A DNA stretch of 64,000 nucleotides from an uncultured delta proteobacterium (GCA_963735595.1 CAVTLK010000002.1:32001-96000), one strand, 5' to 3'. Positions 43,397-54,185 are shown, counted from the first letter of the stretch. The notes: a model not told the origin generated them from the sequence alone. Made by a program: numbers and translations.

Positions 43397-44188
43397 CTAA
43401 TCCCGAACGTATATCTGTGCCGGGTGGGTGACCGTGATCGATGGGCCGTTTCTCTCGTTGATCGTACCGGTTACCTCGATCTCCCTGCCCCGGTAGGCCA
43501 CGGTGGGGTCGGCGCCCGCGGTCCCGAAATAAACCTGGAGGTACTGCGTCGGTACGAAGGCGGTAAAATCGGTTTTGAAGTCTGTACCGAAGTTTAGAAA
43601 CAAGCCCGGCGCGGCGATCTTTGCCGAGAGCACCCGCCCCGCGACGGTCTTGGACTCTCCGACGAATCGGGCCGCGTCATCGTCCCGGACCATCCAGCGG
43701 CCGGTGTCGGCCCAGAGGCCCTTTCCCTCGCTCCGGGCCGTCTCCATCGCGGCCGAAAGCTCCTTCTGGTGATTCAGGTTCGGCGGATAGGGGACGGCCA
43801 GCGCGGAGCCGGCAAGCACCATCTCACGGTTTATCATGGTATCGCCGTCATACACGTAGGCAAGCGTCCTGCCATAGCGGTCTTCTGTCTCGACATCGAA
43901 CTCGAGCCTGACCTCGTTCCCCTCAACGAGCCGCTCGTTGAGCTCCGCCGCCGCACTCCCCCCGTATTCGGCGGGGCGGTTGCCGCCGGTCTCGGGCGCG
44001 TCGATGCCGATGTAGCGGACCTCGCGGCCGTCGGAAAGCAGGAGGCTGTCACCGTCAAAGACCTTTGACACGACAACGCCCTCCTCCGGGGTACGTAGAA
44101 AAGAAATGACCCCGGCCGCGGAGGCGGCAAGGGCCAGAAGGACGATCAGGATAATGACAGGCGGGGCCTTTCTGCTTAGGCGTCTCAT
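43397..44188 (-). CDS. Thermonuclease (SNase) family protein with extra C-terminal domain
   Basis: N-terminal signal/TM, DGDS, VRYIGIDAPE, DRYGRTLAYV and GKGLW motifs. Confidence 0.92.
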   Translation of the reverse strand: MRRLSRKAPPVIILIVLLALAASAAGVISFLRTPEEGVVVSKVFDGDSLLLSDGREVRYIGIDAPETGGNRPAEYGGSAAAELNERLVEGNEVRLEFDVETEDRYGRTLAYVYDGDTMINREMVLAGSALAVPYPPNLNHQKELSAAMETARSEGKGLWADTGRWMVRDDDAARFVGESKTVAGRVLSAKIAAPGLFLNFGTDFKTDFTAFVPTQYLQVYFGTAGADPTVAYRGREIEVTGTINERNGPSITVTHPAQIYVRD

Positions 44189-44192
44189 TGTA

Positions 44193-46175
44193 TCAGCGGT
44201 TGGTCCCCGGCACCTCGATGATCATGAGGTTCTTCTTGCTTTCGGTCGGCAACTCGGCGGCGATCGCCACGCCTTCCTCGGGCTGTTCGGTAATGCTCAT
44301 CAGCGCATCGGTCCTGGCCTCCACGACGGTCAGGATGAACGGCTCCTTGGTGGACTCGCCCGTCCGGTCGATGGTGGTGCTGCCGGTGACGCCCTCCCAG
44401 TCCCTCACCGACAGGAGCGAGAGACGCATGTCGTTGCGGTTCCTGATGCCCTGGGTCTTGACCAGGTACTGGATGATCTTGATGGTATCGTACCCGTAGG
44501 CCTCCAGAACGCCCGGTTCCCGGCCGAATGCGGTCTTGAAATCGTCGACAAACCGCTTGACCTCAGGGCGGTCGCTGTTGGGGCAGAAGGCGTCGGGGAA
44601 ATAGGCGCCGACCAGCGCGTCGCCGCCGATCGAAAGGAGGCCGGGGTCATTCCAGCCGTCGGTGCCGATCAGCGTGACGTTCTTGAGGTTATAGTAGGAG
44701 ACATACGGGACGATCATCCCGACCATGCTATAGTAATCGGGGATAAACAGTGCGTCAAACGCCGGTTTGCTCCGGTCTCCTCCGGCCGCGCCTATCAGAT
44801 CTCTCATCGTCGCTCGGAAATCGGCGGTCTCGCCCGCGTAGGTTGTCTCGGCGACAACCCTGGCGCCGTAGTAGCCCACTTCCCGGGAAAACAACTCCTT
44901 CATCTCCCGGCCGTAGGCGTCGTCGGGATAGAGGACCGCAAAGCGGGTGAGCCCGCGCCCCTGCACGACGTAACGCACCAGGCCGCGGATCTCGTCGGGG
45001 TTGGTGAGGAAGTTCCTGAAGACATAATCGCCGATGCCGGTGATATCCTGGGTCCTGGTAAGCGTGATGATGGGGATCTGCCGCTCCTGGGCCTCTTTTG
45101 CGGCGGCGATAGCGCTTTCTTTTGCCATCGGCCCGACGATGACCATGACGTCGTTATCCCGGGCAAGGTCGGTCACGGCGTAGGTGGCCGAGCCGGCATT
45201 GTCGCCACAGTCCTTGATAACCAGCTTTACCCGCGGGCCGTCGGTAAAGCCCATATCGCCGGCGGCAAGTTTCATCCCGTCGCGCGCCATGATCCCGAAC
45301 GATGAGTTGCGTCCGGACAGAGGCAGGATTACCCCGACGGTGATTGCCCCGGTCACCCCGGTGCCTGCCGTCTCCTTGAGCATCCCCTGGGCCTTGTAGT
45401 AATATTCGTGATCCGGCTGGTTTCGGACGATCTTCAAGAGCTGCTCGTGGGCCGCCCCGATCTCGCCACGGTCTATATATAACTGCGCCAGGGCAAACGC
45501 GGCGTAGCTGCCGGCGTCTTTGCCGACCAGGCCGTCCGATATCCAGGCCAGCTCATCCTCGGAAAGGTATTTCTCGACGATGTATTTGACATTGGTCTTT
45601 GCATCGGATTTTACCGCCGCGTCCGAAGTGCTGTCTCCAGCCTTCGTGAACCAAGAGATCGAGGAGTAGTAGTCCCCGATCATGAGATAGCTTTTTGCCA
45701 GCAGCATGTAGGTCGTGGTCTTGTCGGTACCGGCCGAGGGTTTTGCGGCCAGCGGTTTGAGGATCTCGGCTGCGTCGGTATATTTTCCCGATTTGAAATA
45801 CGTATAGCCGAGCTTGTAGCGGGCCTCATCGTAGCTGTCGGAGTTTACGTAATCACCGACGGCCTTGAGATAAAGGTTGCTCGCGGAGTTGAGGTCTCCC
45901 GAGGCCAGGTAGATATCCCCGGCGCGGACGAGGGCGTTATCGGTCAGGGAGTTACGCTCATAGGTATTGATGTATGCAAGGTACTCCTTGAGCGCCTGGG
46001 CGTACGAGCCGCTCTTGAAGTCCTGTTCAGCCTTTAAAAAGGCCTGCGACATCTCCGCGGACGGCGCCGCCGATGTCGATATATCCCGGGGGCCGGTCAT
46101 GGTAACGCAGGAGGCCGCAAAGATCAGGACGGATGCGATGCACGCCGCCACCCATAGTCTTTTTATTGTGTTCAT
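44193..46175 (-). CDS. LpoA/LppC-like lipoprotein (TPR plus periplasmic-binding-protein domain; penicillin-binding protein activator family)
   Basis: Lipobox FAASC, BamD-like TPRs, VGVILPLSG, IVGP, ALFIPD, AYGYD and GVTG motifs. Confidence 0.85.
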   Translation of the reverse strand: MNTIKRLWVAACIASVLIFAASCVTMTGPRDISTSAAPSAEMSQAFLKAEQDFKSGSYAQALKEYLAYINTYERNSLTDNALVRAGDIYLASGDLNSASNLYLKAVGDYVNSDSYDEARYKLGYTYFKSGKYTDAAEILKPLAAKPSAGTDKTTTYMLLAKSYLMIGDYYSSISWFTKAGDSTSDAAVKSDAKTNVKYIVEKYLSEDELAWISDGLVGKDAGSYAAFALAQLYIDRGEIGAAHEQLLKIVRNQPDHEYYYKAQGMLKETAGTGVTGAITVGVILPLSGRNSSFGIMARDGMKLAAGDMGFTDGPRVKLVIKDCGDNAGSATYAVTDLARDNDVMVIVGPMAKESAIAAAKEAQERQIPIITLTRTQDITGIGDYVFRNFLTNPDEIRGLVRYVVQGRGLTRFAVLYPDDAYGREMKELFSREVGYYGARVVAETTYAGETADFRATMRDLIGAAGGDRSKPAFDALFIPDYYSMVGMIVPYVSYYNLKNVTLIGTDGWNDPGLLSIGGDALVGAYFPDAFCPNSDRPEVKRFVDDFKTAFGREPGVLEAYGYDTIKIIQYLVKTQGIRNRNDMRLSLLSVRDWEGVTGSTTIDRTGESTKEPFILTVVEARTDALMSITEQPEEGVAIAAELPTESKKNLMIIEVPGTNR

Positions 46176-46351
46176 CGGGTGTTCCTTCCGTAGTAATTCC
46201 ATAAATATATCATATTACCCCGCGTAAATCTACTGTAAACAACTTCACTGTTCGTTTTGACCGTTTTAGCCTTGACATGTTCCCGCTTCTGCTTTTTAAT
46301 TAAAATAGCAGATAGACACGAGGCCGGCTTGTCGGCGACAGGGAGAGGAAA

Positions 46352-47236
46352 ATGAGAAAAAAGCTCGCGGTATCCGGCTTGGGTTCGAGTGCCGGGCGCC
46401 TGCCGGTCGCCCTTGCCTTGATATGGCTGTTGCTGATGGTCTCCCCGGCCGCCGGCGCGGAGCCGATCCCGGCCGCCGCTGGCCCGGTAACCGAGGGGCT
46501 TTCCCGGGTGTGGGAAATCGTCCCCGCGAACCCGAATGACTTCACCTTCGCCGTCATCGGCGACAATCAGGGCAGCACCACCGTCTTCCCGCGCCTCCTT
46601 GCCCAGATCAGCACGGACCCGGACATCCTGTTTGCCGTCTCCACGGGTGACACCGTAACCGATGGAACGAGTCGGCGGTTCGAAATCTTCTTCTGGCAGG
46701 TGTCCCGCTATCTTACCAAGCCCCTCATCTTAACCGCGAGCAACCATGAGCTTTCCCGTGGCGCGGCCCTCTACGAATCGGTCGTGGGCCGCCGTAACTA
46801 CTCCTTTACGTTCGGGGAGGTCTACTTTATTGTTATAGACAACGCAAGCGCAAGCCGGATGGACTGGATTTTTGAGGAATGGCTCGCGAAAGAGCTTGAT
46901 GCGGCCGACCGATATGCGGCGACGCTGGTTTTTATGCACGTCCCCCTGTATGACCCGCCCGGATCGGGCATACGTCACAGCATGGGAGAAAAGACGGCGG
47001 AGCGGCTGATGAATATATTCAGGGGCCGGCGAATCACGCACATCTTTTGTTCTCACATACACGGCTACTTTACCGGAGACTGGGAAGGGATACCGTATAC
47101 GATCTCCGGAGGCGGGGGTGCGCCGCTCGTCGGCACCGACCCGGTCCACTTTTTCTATCATTACCTCAAAGTGCGTGTGGAAGACGGAACGGTAACGTAC
47201 GAGCCGGTGCCGGCGGCGCCGACCTGGAGGCGGTGA
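46352..47236 (+). CDS. Exported calcineurin-like metallophosphoesterase
   Basis: Signal peptide; GDN, TGD, SNHE, MHVP and SHIH motifs. Confidence 0.88.
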   Translation: MRKKLAVSGLGSSAGRLPVALALIWLLLMVSPAAGAEPIPAAAGPVTEGLSRVWEIVPANPNDFTFAVIGDNQGSTTVFPRLLAQISTDPDILFAVSTGDTVTDGTSRRFEIFFWQVSRYLTKPLILTASNHELSRGAALYESVVGRRNYSFTFGEVYFIVIDNASASRMDWIFEEWLAKELDAADRYAATLVFMHVPLYDPPGSGIRHSMGEKTAERLMNIFRGRRITHIFCSHIHGYFTGDWEGIPYTISGGGGAPLVGTDPVHFFYHYLKVRVEDGTVTYEPVPAAPTWRR

Positions 47237-48435
47237 TGTCAGAAAGCAGTCCTGCAGCTGAAAAGAAAAAGGGACAAAATAATATCTTCTTCCTCGGATT
47301 GGTCAGCTTCTTCAACGATTTCGCCTCAGATATGATCTATCCTCTCCTGCCGCTCTTTCTCACGACGGTACTGAAAGCCGGGGCGGCATCTATCGGGGTC
47401 ATCGAGGGCGTTGCCGAGACGACGGCCTCCTTGCTGAAATTTTTTTCGGGTTACTGGTCGGACAAGTACCGGCGAAGAAAGCCGATATTCGCCTCGGGAT
47501 ACGCCCTTTCCAACACGATACGGCCCCTGATGGGAGTGGCGGGCTCGTGGTGGCACGTGCTGCTTTTGCGCTTCTCGGACCGGATCGGCAAGGGAATCCG
47601 CACCGCCCCCCGGGACGCGCTGATGGCCGATTCGGCCGGCGACGGTAAGCGGGGCCTCGTTTTCGGTTTTCAGCGGGCCATGGACAACGCCGGGGCGATC
47701 ATGGGCCCGCTTGCCGCCGCGCTGCTGCTGCCGCTATTGCACAACGACCTCAGGACGCTCTTTTTTCTCTCGGCTATTCCCGGGGTGCTGGCGCTGATCC
47801 TTGTATTCTTCTTCGTCAGGGAGGTGCGGCCGAAGAAATCCGCCGCGCGGCTGTCTATCAGGGACGGGCTTGCCGGGGTGGACCCTAACTTCAGGTACTA
47901 CCTCGTGGTTGTCCTCTTATTTACCCTCGGTAACTCCTCGGACGCCTTCCTGCTCCTCAGGGCGTCGTCCGCCGGCATCCCGGCGGCCTTGATCCCTATC
48001 CTCTGGATGGTGCTGCATATCGTTAAGACGGTCACGGGGATTCCCGGGGGGTACATTTCGGACAAAATAGGACGCAAGAAGGTCATCATCTCGGGGTGGG
48101 TGGTCTATGCAGCGATCTATGTCGCGTTCGCGTTCGTGACGACGAGCACCGGCATATGGATTCTCTTCGGGCTTTACGGCATCTATTTCGGCCTTACCGA
48201 AGGGGCCGAGCGGGCGCTGGTGGCCGATCTTGTCGGCGAGGACCGGCGGGGCACCGCATACGGCCTCTTTAACCTGACGGTGGGGATAGGGGCGCTTCCC
48301 TCAAGCATCATCTTCGGCATCATCTGGCAGTACGCGGGATTCGGTTACGCCTTCATCATGGGGGCCGGGTTTGCGCTGCTGGCCTCCATACTGCTCCTGT
48401 TCGTCCGACCTCATCGCCCTAATGGGCCGGCGTGA
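47236..48435 (+). CDS. MFS transporter
   Basis: About 12 TM; SDKYRRRK, DRIGKGIRTAPRDAL and SDKIGRKK motifs. Confidence 0.93.
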   Translation: MSESSPAAEKKKGQNNIFFLGLVSFFNDFASDMIYPLLPLFLTTVLKAGAASIGVIEGVAETTASLLKFFSGYWSDKYRRRKPIFASGYALSNTIRPLMGVAGSWWHVLLLRFSDRIGKGIRTAPRDALMADSAGDGKRGLVFGFQRAMDNAGAIMGPLAAALLLPLLHNDLRTLFFLSAIPGVLALILVFFFVREVRPKKSAARLSIRDGLAGVDPNFRYYLVVVLLFTLGNSSDAFLLLRASSAGIPAALIPILWMVLHIVKTVTGIPGGYISDKIGRKKVIISGWVVYAAIYVAFAFVTTSTGIWILFGLYGIYFGLTEGAERALVADLVGEDRRGTAYGLFNLTVGIGALPSSIIFGIIWQYAGFGYAFIMGAGFALLASILLLFVRPHRPNGPA

Positions 48436-51070
48436 TGATGGTGAGGACCGAGTTTTGCTGATCGAGGTAGGTCTCGGCGACGCGCCTCACGTCCGATTCG
48501 GAGACCGCGTCTATCTTCTCGGGATAGCGCCGGAAGAAATCATACCCAAGCCCATAGAGCTCATCTGCGGCCATTAGCGAGGCGGTGTCGAGGTTCGTCT
48601 GCAGGGAAAGCTCGAAATTACCGATAAGGTAGTTTTTGGCCCGGGAAAGCTCATCGGGAGTTATCCCCTCGTCCCTGATTCTCAGCAGCTCCTTCTTGAT
48701 TCCGCCGACTGCCGCCGGCAGGTTCTTGGGTGCGGTCGCCATGTACACCCCGAAAAACCCGGGGGCGACACCGCCGACGGAAAACGCTTCGACTGCGTAG
48801 GCCAGCCCCTGCCGTTCGCGCAACTCCATGAACATCCGTCCCCCCATGCCGGAGAGCACGGCCGTGAGCACCTCCATGCCGTAGTAGTCGTCCGACAGGT
48901 AGTCTGTGCCCAGAAATCCGTACATTATGTGGGCCTGTTCCTTGCCGGCTTCAGTCTCACTGATCCGAATGGGGGAGGCGGACCTTACGGCCGGCCCGGG
49001 CTCGGGGGCGGTGGGTGCGGACGCCGATAGATCGCCGAAAAGATCATAAATCCGCCCCAGGACTTCGTCCGGGTCTACGTCGCCGACTACCGAGATGACC
49101 ATGCGCTCGGGGTTGGCCGCACGCCGATAGTATGCAACCAGATCGCTCCGGGAGATCGACGCCAGACTCTCCTTGGTCCCGAGAAGGGGCAGCGCGTACG
49201 GATAGCCGCGGTAGAGGGTCTTCTTGAAGAGATTAATGGTCCGCTGGACGAGATCATCCTTGCCCCGGTCGATGGCGGCCCCTACGATCTCCTTTACCTT
49301 GTCCATCTCGTCGGTATCGAACGAGGGGTTGCGCAGGATATCGGCAACGATCTGCCAGCCGTCATCCTGATACGCGGTGAGAAACTGGGCCTTGAGCCCA
49401 AGTGAGTCACGTCCCGAAAAACCGCCTACGTCGGCGGCGATCCGGTCGATACGCTCGGAAAGGGCCTGCGCGGTGAGGCGGGTTGTCCCGCGGGTCAGCA
49501 TCATGGCGGTGAGGTTGCCGATGCCGTTATTTTCGGAGGTTTCGTATCGAACACCGCCGTCGAAAACCGCTGCCACGGAAACGATGGGCAGCGAATGATC
49601 CTCCTTGATGACCAGACGGATGCCGTTTGGAAGGACCGCCTTATAGCCGGCCGGGGGGCCGGCAACGAGATCGGGGAAATCACCCCCGGACACCGCCGGC
49701 GCCCTGAAGGCGGCCAGCGCCGCTGCCTTGATTTCCTCGTCCGATACGACTTTCGCGTCTGATGAAGGGACGAGGTAGACGATGGTCACATTACGGGCGG
49801 TCAGGTATTTTTTCGCCGCCCTCATGATGTCGTCGGTGGTCAGGGCTTTTATCCCTTTGAGGTAGTGCTTCTCGAAATCGAGCGTCCCCGTGGCGGTTTC
49901 GTAAAACCCCAGCGCACGGGCGCGGCCGCCGTAGGTCTCCTTGTTGAAGATGAAATCCGCGGTGGTACCGGTAACGGCCTTCGCGAGCTCGTCTGCTGCG
50001 GCCGGCTCGTGAGATAGGCGCGAAACTTCGCGGATTATCGCCTCGATCGCCGGTACTATCTTCTCTTCGTCAAGGGTTGCCGTTATAAAGAAGAGCCCCG
50101 CCTTTTTCGGAGTGTAAGAGTACGAGCCGATCGAATAGGCCAGCCCCGTATCCACTACGGCCCGGTAGAGGCGCGAGTCCCTCCCGGTGCCGAGGATAAA
50201 CGACGATACGTCGAGCGTAAACAGGTCGTCGTGGGTGATGGGGATCGCATTGAAGGCGACGTAGATCGACGCCGTGTGTACGGGTTTCGTGAGCCCGGCG
50301 ATTACGGGGCCGGCGTTGATGGGGCAGGCGGCAAACGTGTCTGGAGGCCCATCGGAGGGCGCGGCGGCGCCCAGATATTGCCGAATCATGGGCTTTACGG
50401 CGGCGGGATCAAAATCACCGACCAGTACCGTAACCATGTTGTCCGGCCGGTAATGGGTCGAATAATATCGGTACAGGTCATCCCGGGTATAAGCGGTAAT
50501 CTTCTCCATCGTCCCGATGACCGGTTTTCCGTAGGGGTGGCCGACAAACGCCTTCTCGAACAACAGCTCGGAGAGGCGGTCTTTGGGGTCATCGAGCCCC
50601 ATTCGAATCTCCTCGAGGATCACCTGCCGCTCACGCTCAACCTCGCCCGGGTCAAACAGGGGGGTGAGTGCCGTTTCCGACACGACCCTGATCATGGTCT
50701 CAACGAACCGCGAGGCGACGGTCGCGGTAATAACCGTATTGTCCATGTCGGTATAGGCGTTGATATTGCCGCCGGACGCCTCGATGAGGGAGGCCCCCTC
50801 TCCCGGCTTCAGATTAACGGAGCCGTCAAAGAGGAGGTGCTCGATGAAATGGGACGTCCCCGATTCCGAATCAAGTTCGTTACACGCGCCGACGTTGACC
50901 CAGATATTCATGGATACGGCCGGCGTTGAGTTGTCAGGTGCGAGGATCACGACCATACCGTTCGGCAGGGTATAACGGTCGACCTCGCCGCAGAGGCCGG
51001 CCGGGGCCAACAGGAAGATTATCAGAATACCGATGACGGCAAAAAGTCCGGAAAATCTCCACTGGTTCAT
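48419..51070 (-). CDS. Exported M16 family zinc protease (two-unit fusion)
   Basis: Signal peptide, HFIEHLLF, INAYT, second inactive M16 unit with ELRERQGLAY. Confidence 0.92.
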   Translation of the reverse strand: MNQWRFSGLFAVIGILIIFLLAPAGLCGEVDRYTLPNGMVVILAPDNSTPAVSMNIWVNVGACNELDSESGTSHFIEHLLFDGSVNLKPGEGASLIEASGGNINAYTDMDNTVITATVASRFVETMIRVVSETALTPLFDPGEVERERQVILEEIRMGLDDPKDRLSELLFEKAFVGHPYGKPVIGTMEKITAYTRDDLYRYYSTHYRPDNMVTVLVGDFDPAAVKPMIRQYLGAAAPSDGPPDTFAACPINAGPVIAGLTKPVHTASIYVAFNAIPITHDDLFTLDVSSFILGTGRDSRLYRAVVDTGLAYSIGSYSYTPKKAGLFFITATLDEEKIVPAIEAIIREVSRLSHEPAAADELAKAVTGTTADFIFNKETYGGRARALGFYETATGTLDFEKHYLKGIKALTTDDIMRAAKKYLTARNVTIVYLVPSSDAKVVSDEEIKAAALAAFRAPAVSGGDFPDLVAGPPAGYKAVLPNGIRLVIKEDHSLPIVSVAAVFDGGVRYETSENNGIGNLTAMMLTRGTTRLTAQALSERIDRIAADVGGFSGRDSLGLKAQFLTAYQDDGWQIVADILRNPSFDTDEMDKVKEIVGAAIDRGKDDLVQRTINLFKKTLYRGYPYALPLLGTKESLASISRSDLVAYYRRAANPERMVISVVGDVDPDEVLGRIYDLFGDLSASAPTAPEPGPAVRSASPIRISETEAGKEQAHIMYGFLGTDYLSDDYYGMEVLTAVLSGMGGRMFMELRERQGLAYAVEAFSVGGVAPGFFGVYMATAPKNLPAAVGGIKKELLRIRDEGITPDELSRAKNYLIGNFELSLQTNLDTASLMAADELYGLGYDFFRRYPEKIDAVSESDVRRVAETYLDQQNSVLTIITPAH

Positions 51071-51133
51071 AGATTACCTCCTCTCTATAATGATAGGGCC
51101 GTTTCGGCCGAAAGTAAAACGAAAAATATAGCC

Positions 51134-51162
51134 TTGACAGTCCATCCAAAAGAACCTATTAT
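51134..51162 (+). promoter_or_regulatory. Sigma70-type promoter of tat operon
   Basis: TTGACA-17 nt-TATTAT. Confidence 0.65.
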
Positions 51163-51183
51163 ACTAAATGTGAAGGAGGCGCG

Positions 51184-51447
51184 ATGTTTGGACTTTCCGG
51201 CCAAGAGCTGCTGCTTATCGTCATACTTGCGCTCGTCGTCCTCGGGCCCAAAAAGCTTCCTGAAGTGGCCAAGACACTCGGAAAAGGTTACCAGGAGCTG
51301 AGAAAGGCTATGGACGGGGTGAAGGGGACGGTAAACGTCAACGATGTCTTCACCAACATGATGAAGGATGACGCCGAGCGCACTACCGACAAGCGCGACG
51401 ACGGTACGCACTCGAAACGGGAACATGACCGGCAGCACAAGGGATAG
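51184..51447 (+). CDS. tatB: Twin-arginine translocase TatA/TatB family subunit (TatB-like)
   Basis: MFG...ELL.I.ILALVVLGPKKLPE; directly before tatC. Confidence 0.8.
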   Translation: MFGLSGQELLLIVILALVVLGPKKLPEVAKTLGKGYQELRKAMDGVKGTVNVNDVFTNMMKDDAERTTDKRDDGTHSKREHDRQHKG

Positions 51448-51474
51448 GCACAGAGAAGCGAAAGGGGGGAGGTC

Positions 51475-52281
51475 TTGGCTGAAAAGGAGAACAACGGCGA
51501 TAACGTAACTATGAGCATCCTCGAACACCTCGAGGAGCTGCGCTCACGACTCATAAAGATCCTTATTTCGGCCGGTATCGGATTTGGTATCGGCTATTAC
51601 TTTGCCGAAAGCATCTTCGGCTGGCTCATCAAGCCGCTTACCGACGTCCTGCCCAAGGGGACGAGCCTCATCTTCACCAGCATCACCGAGGCCTTCTTTA
51701 CCTACCTCAAGGTTGGGTTGCTGGCCGGCGTCTTTATCGCCTCTCCCTTCATACTCTACCAGATATGGGCCTTTATCTCCCCGGGTCTCTACAAAAAGGA
51801 GAGGCGGGCGCTTATCCCCGTAACGGTCGTATCGGTCATTCTCTTTGTTGCCGGGGCGGCTTTCGGGTACTTCGTCGTATTTCCCTTCGGCTTTAAGTTC
51901 CTGATTGCCAACTATACCACCGACGTGATCAGGCCGATGCCGACGATGAGGGAATACTTCTCTCTGGTAACGTGGATGCTCCTTGCCTTCGGGGCTATAT
52001 TCGAGCTGCCTGTGGTGATCTTTCTCCTGGCCCGATTCGGGATCGTCGGCCACAAGGGGCTGAGGAAGTTTCGCCGATACGCATTCCTGGGCGCCTTTAT
52101 CCTGGGGGCGATCCTGACGCCGACCCCCGACGTCTTTAACCAGGCCATGATGGCCGGGCCGCTGATTATCCTGTACGAGATCAGCATCTGGGTGGCCTAT
52201 TTCTTCGGGAAGAAGAAGGAAACGACGGCGGAAGAACGTGAAGATACGGCGGCCGCCGCCGAAGACGGAGAAGAGAAATGA
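51475..52281 (+). CDS. tatC: Twin-arginine translocase subunit TatC
   Basis: EHLEELR, WAFISPGLY.KE, FELP, LTPTPD and LYE motifs. Confidence 0.97.
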   Translation: MAEKENNGDNVTMSILEHLEELRSRLIKILISAGIGFGIGYYFAESIFGWLIKPLTDVLPKGTSLIFTSITEAFFTYLKVGLLAGVFIASPFILYQIWAFISPGLYKKERRALIPVTVVSVILFVAGAAFGYFVVFPFGFKFLIANYTTDVIRPMPTMREYFSLVTWMLLAFGAIFELPVVIFLLARFGIVGHKGLRKFRRYAFLGAFILGAILTPTPDVFNQAMMAGPLIILYEISIWVAYFFGKKKETTAEEREDTAAAAEDGEEK

Positions 52282-53027
52282 ACGCCGAAGGGAGCCGCGT
52301 CGTCTTTATCCCCGACGCCCACCTGCACGACCCCGCCGACGACGACTACCGGGATATGTCGGCGTTTCTCGATGAGTTGATCGGCCGCCTCGGGTACTCG
52401 GATACCCTCATCATCATGGGCGACCTGTTCGATTTCTGGGTCGGATTTCGCTCGGTTGTTCCCTATCGCTACCTCCCGATACTCAGCCGCCTTCATAGGC
52501 TTTCGGCCTGCGGCGTCTCCATCCATTACACCGAGGGCAACCACGATTTTTCCGTGGGCCCGTTTTTCACCGATTTTATACGCGCGCAGGTACATACCGG
52601 CCCATGGGAGCTTACCCACTCCGGAGTGCGCATCTACGTGGCACACGGCGACCAGGTCAATCAACGGGACCGGGGCTATCGGCTCCTCAGGCTGGTACTG
52701 CGCAGCCTGCCGGTTCGGTTCGTCCGTCATCTCATTCCCCCCTTCATTATCGAACGGGTGGCCCGCGCCATGAGCCGTGCGAGCCGTGTCTATACCGACT
52801 CGAAGAAAGACGATAAGGAAGCGCTGGGCCGCGAATTCGCGGTTGCGCGGTTCTTCGAGGGATATGATGCCGTCGTGCTGGGCCATTTCCATTTTCCCGC
52901 CACCTGGGGGATGGAGTTAGATGGGCGGCGGCGTACGTACGTCAACACCGGCAGCTGGATGGATCGGCGTGAGTATGTAGAGCTCTGCGATGGGACGTTC
53001 AGACGTATAACCTACGGGGGGCAGTAG
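52278..53027 (+). CDS. lpxH: UDP-2,3-diacylglucosamine diphosphatase
   Basis: DAHL, GDLFDFW, GNHDF, HGD, GHFH and NTGSW motifs. Confidence 0.85.
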   Translation: MNAEGSRVVFIPDAHLHDPADDDYRDMSAFLDELIGRLGYSDTLIIMGDLFDFWVGFRSVVPYRYLPILSRLHRLSACGVSIHYTEGNHDFSVGPFFTDFIRAQVHTGPWELTHSGVRIYVAHGDQVNQRDRGYRLLRLVLRSLPVRFVRHLIPPFIIERVARAMSRASRVYTDSKKDDKEALGREFAVARFFEGYDAVVLGHFHFPATWGMELDGRRRTYVNTGSWMDRREYVELCDGTFRRITYGGQ

Positions 53028-53239
53028 ACGGCCGTCCGGGCGAGGACGGGTGGGTGCAAAATAAGCAGTAAACCGCAGAACTATTTTGCACCCCTGTTTT
53101 TGACAGGATTCTTTGTAACTAACTGATATTACTTATCATTTCCCTTCCCGTCGCTTGCCGGCGTTTTCAAATCATTTAAATACCCTTCAATTATAACAGT
53201 ATATTATCTAATAATATCTATTACTTGCGTGATGCTGAA

Positions 53240-53255
53240 TGGCACTATAGTTGCT
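53240..53255 (+). promoter_or_regulatory. Sigma54 -24/-12 promoter
   Basis: Consensus TGGCAC-TATAG-TTGCT, 66 nt before the ATG at 53322. Confidence 0.8.
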
Positions 53256-53321
53256 TTACTATTATGCAAGCAATTTTTGTAGATTATTTATAATCAGCGT
53301 TACGCAGAAGGAGATTTAGCC

Positions 53322-54185
53322 ATGAGTGACATCAGGCGCGTGTTTCTTGTATTTTTTGTCGCCTCGATAGTCGGGTGCCTGACTTTATTTGTTCCTGCCA
53401 TGCTATCGGCCCAGGACACGACCGACACTACGGATACGACGGATACGACGGATACAACCGATACCTCGGACGAGTCCGCCGATGAGGAGACGAAGGACGT
53501 CAACTGGAACGAGGCCCAGACCATGAAGGCCGAAAACGTCGCCGAGGCCGCGGCCGATATACTCGCCGAGAAGGCTGAGGACGCCGCTGCCGAGGCCGAG
53601 GCCGCTGAGGCTGATCTTGCGGCGGCGGAGTCCGACCTGACGGCGGCCGAGGATGGTCTCGCGGCGGCCGAGCAGAACCTCTCAGACGTTCAGGCAAACG
53701 CCGAGGCCACCGACGAAGAAATCACCGCGGCTGAAGCGGCAGTAGCGGACGCCACCGCGGCAGTTGATGCGGCTACCGCCGCAGTCGATGCAGCCACCGC
53801 CTCGGCCGACGAGGCCACCGCCAATGCCGACGAGGCCGCCGCCGCGGCCGAGAGCTTCGATGCAGAGTCTGTCATGGCGATGCGCGAGGACGGCATGGGC
53901 TGGGGAGAGATCTGCCATGAGCTTGGCATTCACCCGAGCGTCCTGGGCCTTGCCCTCGGCAAAAAGAAAGCGGCAGGTTTCATCGAGACGGTCAGGAACA
54001 CCTTCAGGGAGAATAAAGGGAAGGGCAAGAAGGGCGGAGACGACGGAGAGACCGATGTCGCCAGCTCTGGCAGCGGGAAGTCCAATAACGGGAAGTCCGA
54101 TAACGGAAAGTCCAAGTCCGATTCCAAGGGCAAATCCGGCGACAGTAACGGTAAAAGCGACGGTAAGGGTAAGGGAAAGCATTAG
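53322..54185 (+). CDS. Secreted low-complexity protein (DTT repeats, Ala/Glu coiled coil, GMGWG motif, Gly/Lys tail)
   Basis: AGGAG RBS, signal peptide ending LSA-QD, own promoter and terminator. Confidence 0.85.
   Translation: MSDIRRVFLVFFVASIVGCLTLFVPAMLSAQDTTDTTDTTDTTDTTDTSDESADEETKDVNWNEAQTMKAENVAEAAADILAEKAEDAAAEAEAAEADLAAAESDLTAAEDGLAAAEQNLSDVQANAEATDEEITAAEAAVADATAAVDAATAAVDAATASADEATANADEAAAAAESFDAESVMAMREDGMGWGEICHELGIHPSVLGLALGKKKAAGFIETVRNTFRENKGKGKKGGDDGETDVASSGSGKSNNGKSDNGKSKSDSKGKSGDSNGKSDGKGKGKH

Noticed and set aside
53415..53470. CRISPR-like or other repeat array
   Set aside because: In-frame 9-bp coding repeats (DTT) without spacers; no repeat-spacer array or cas genes anywhere in the window
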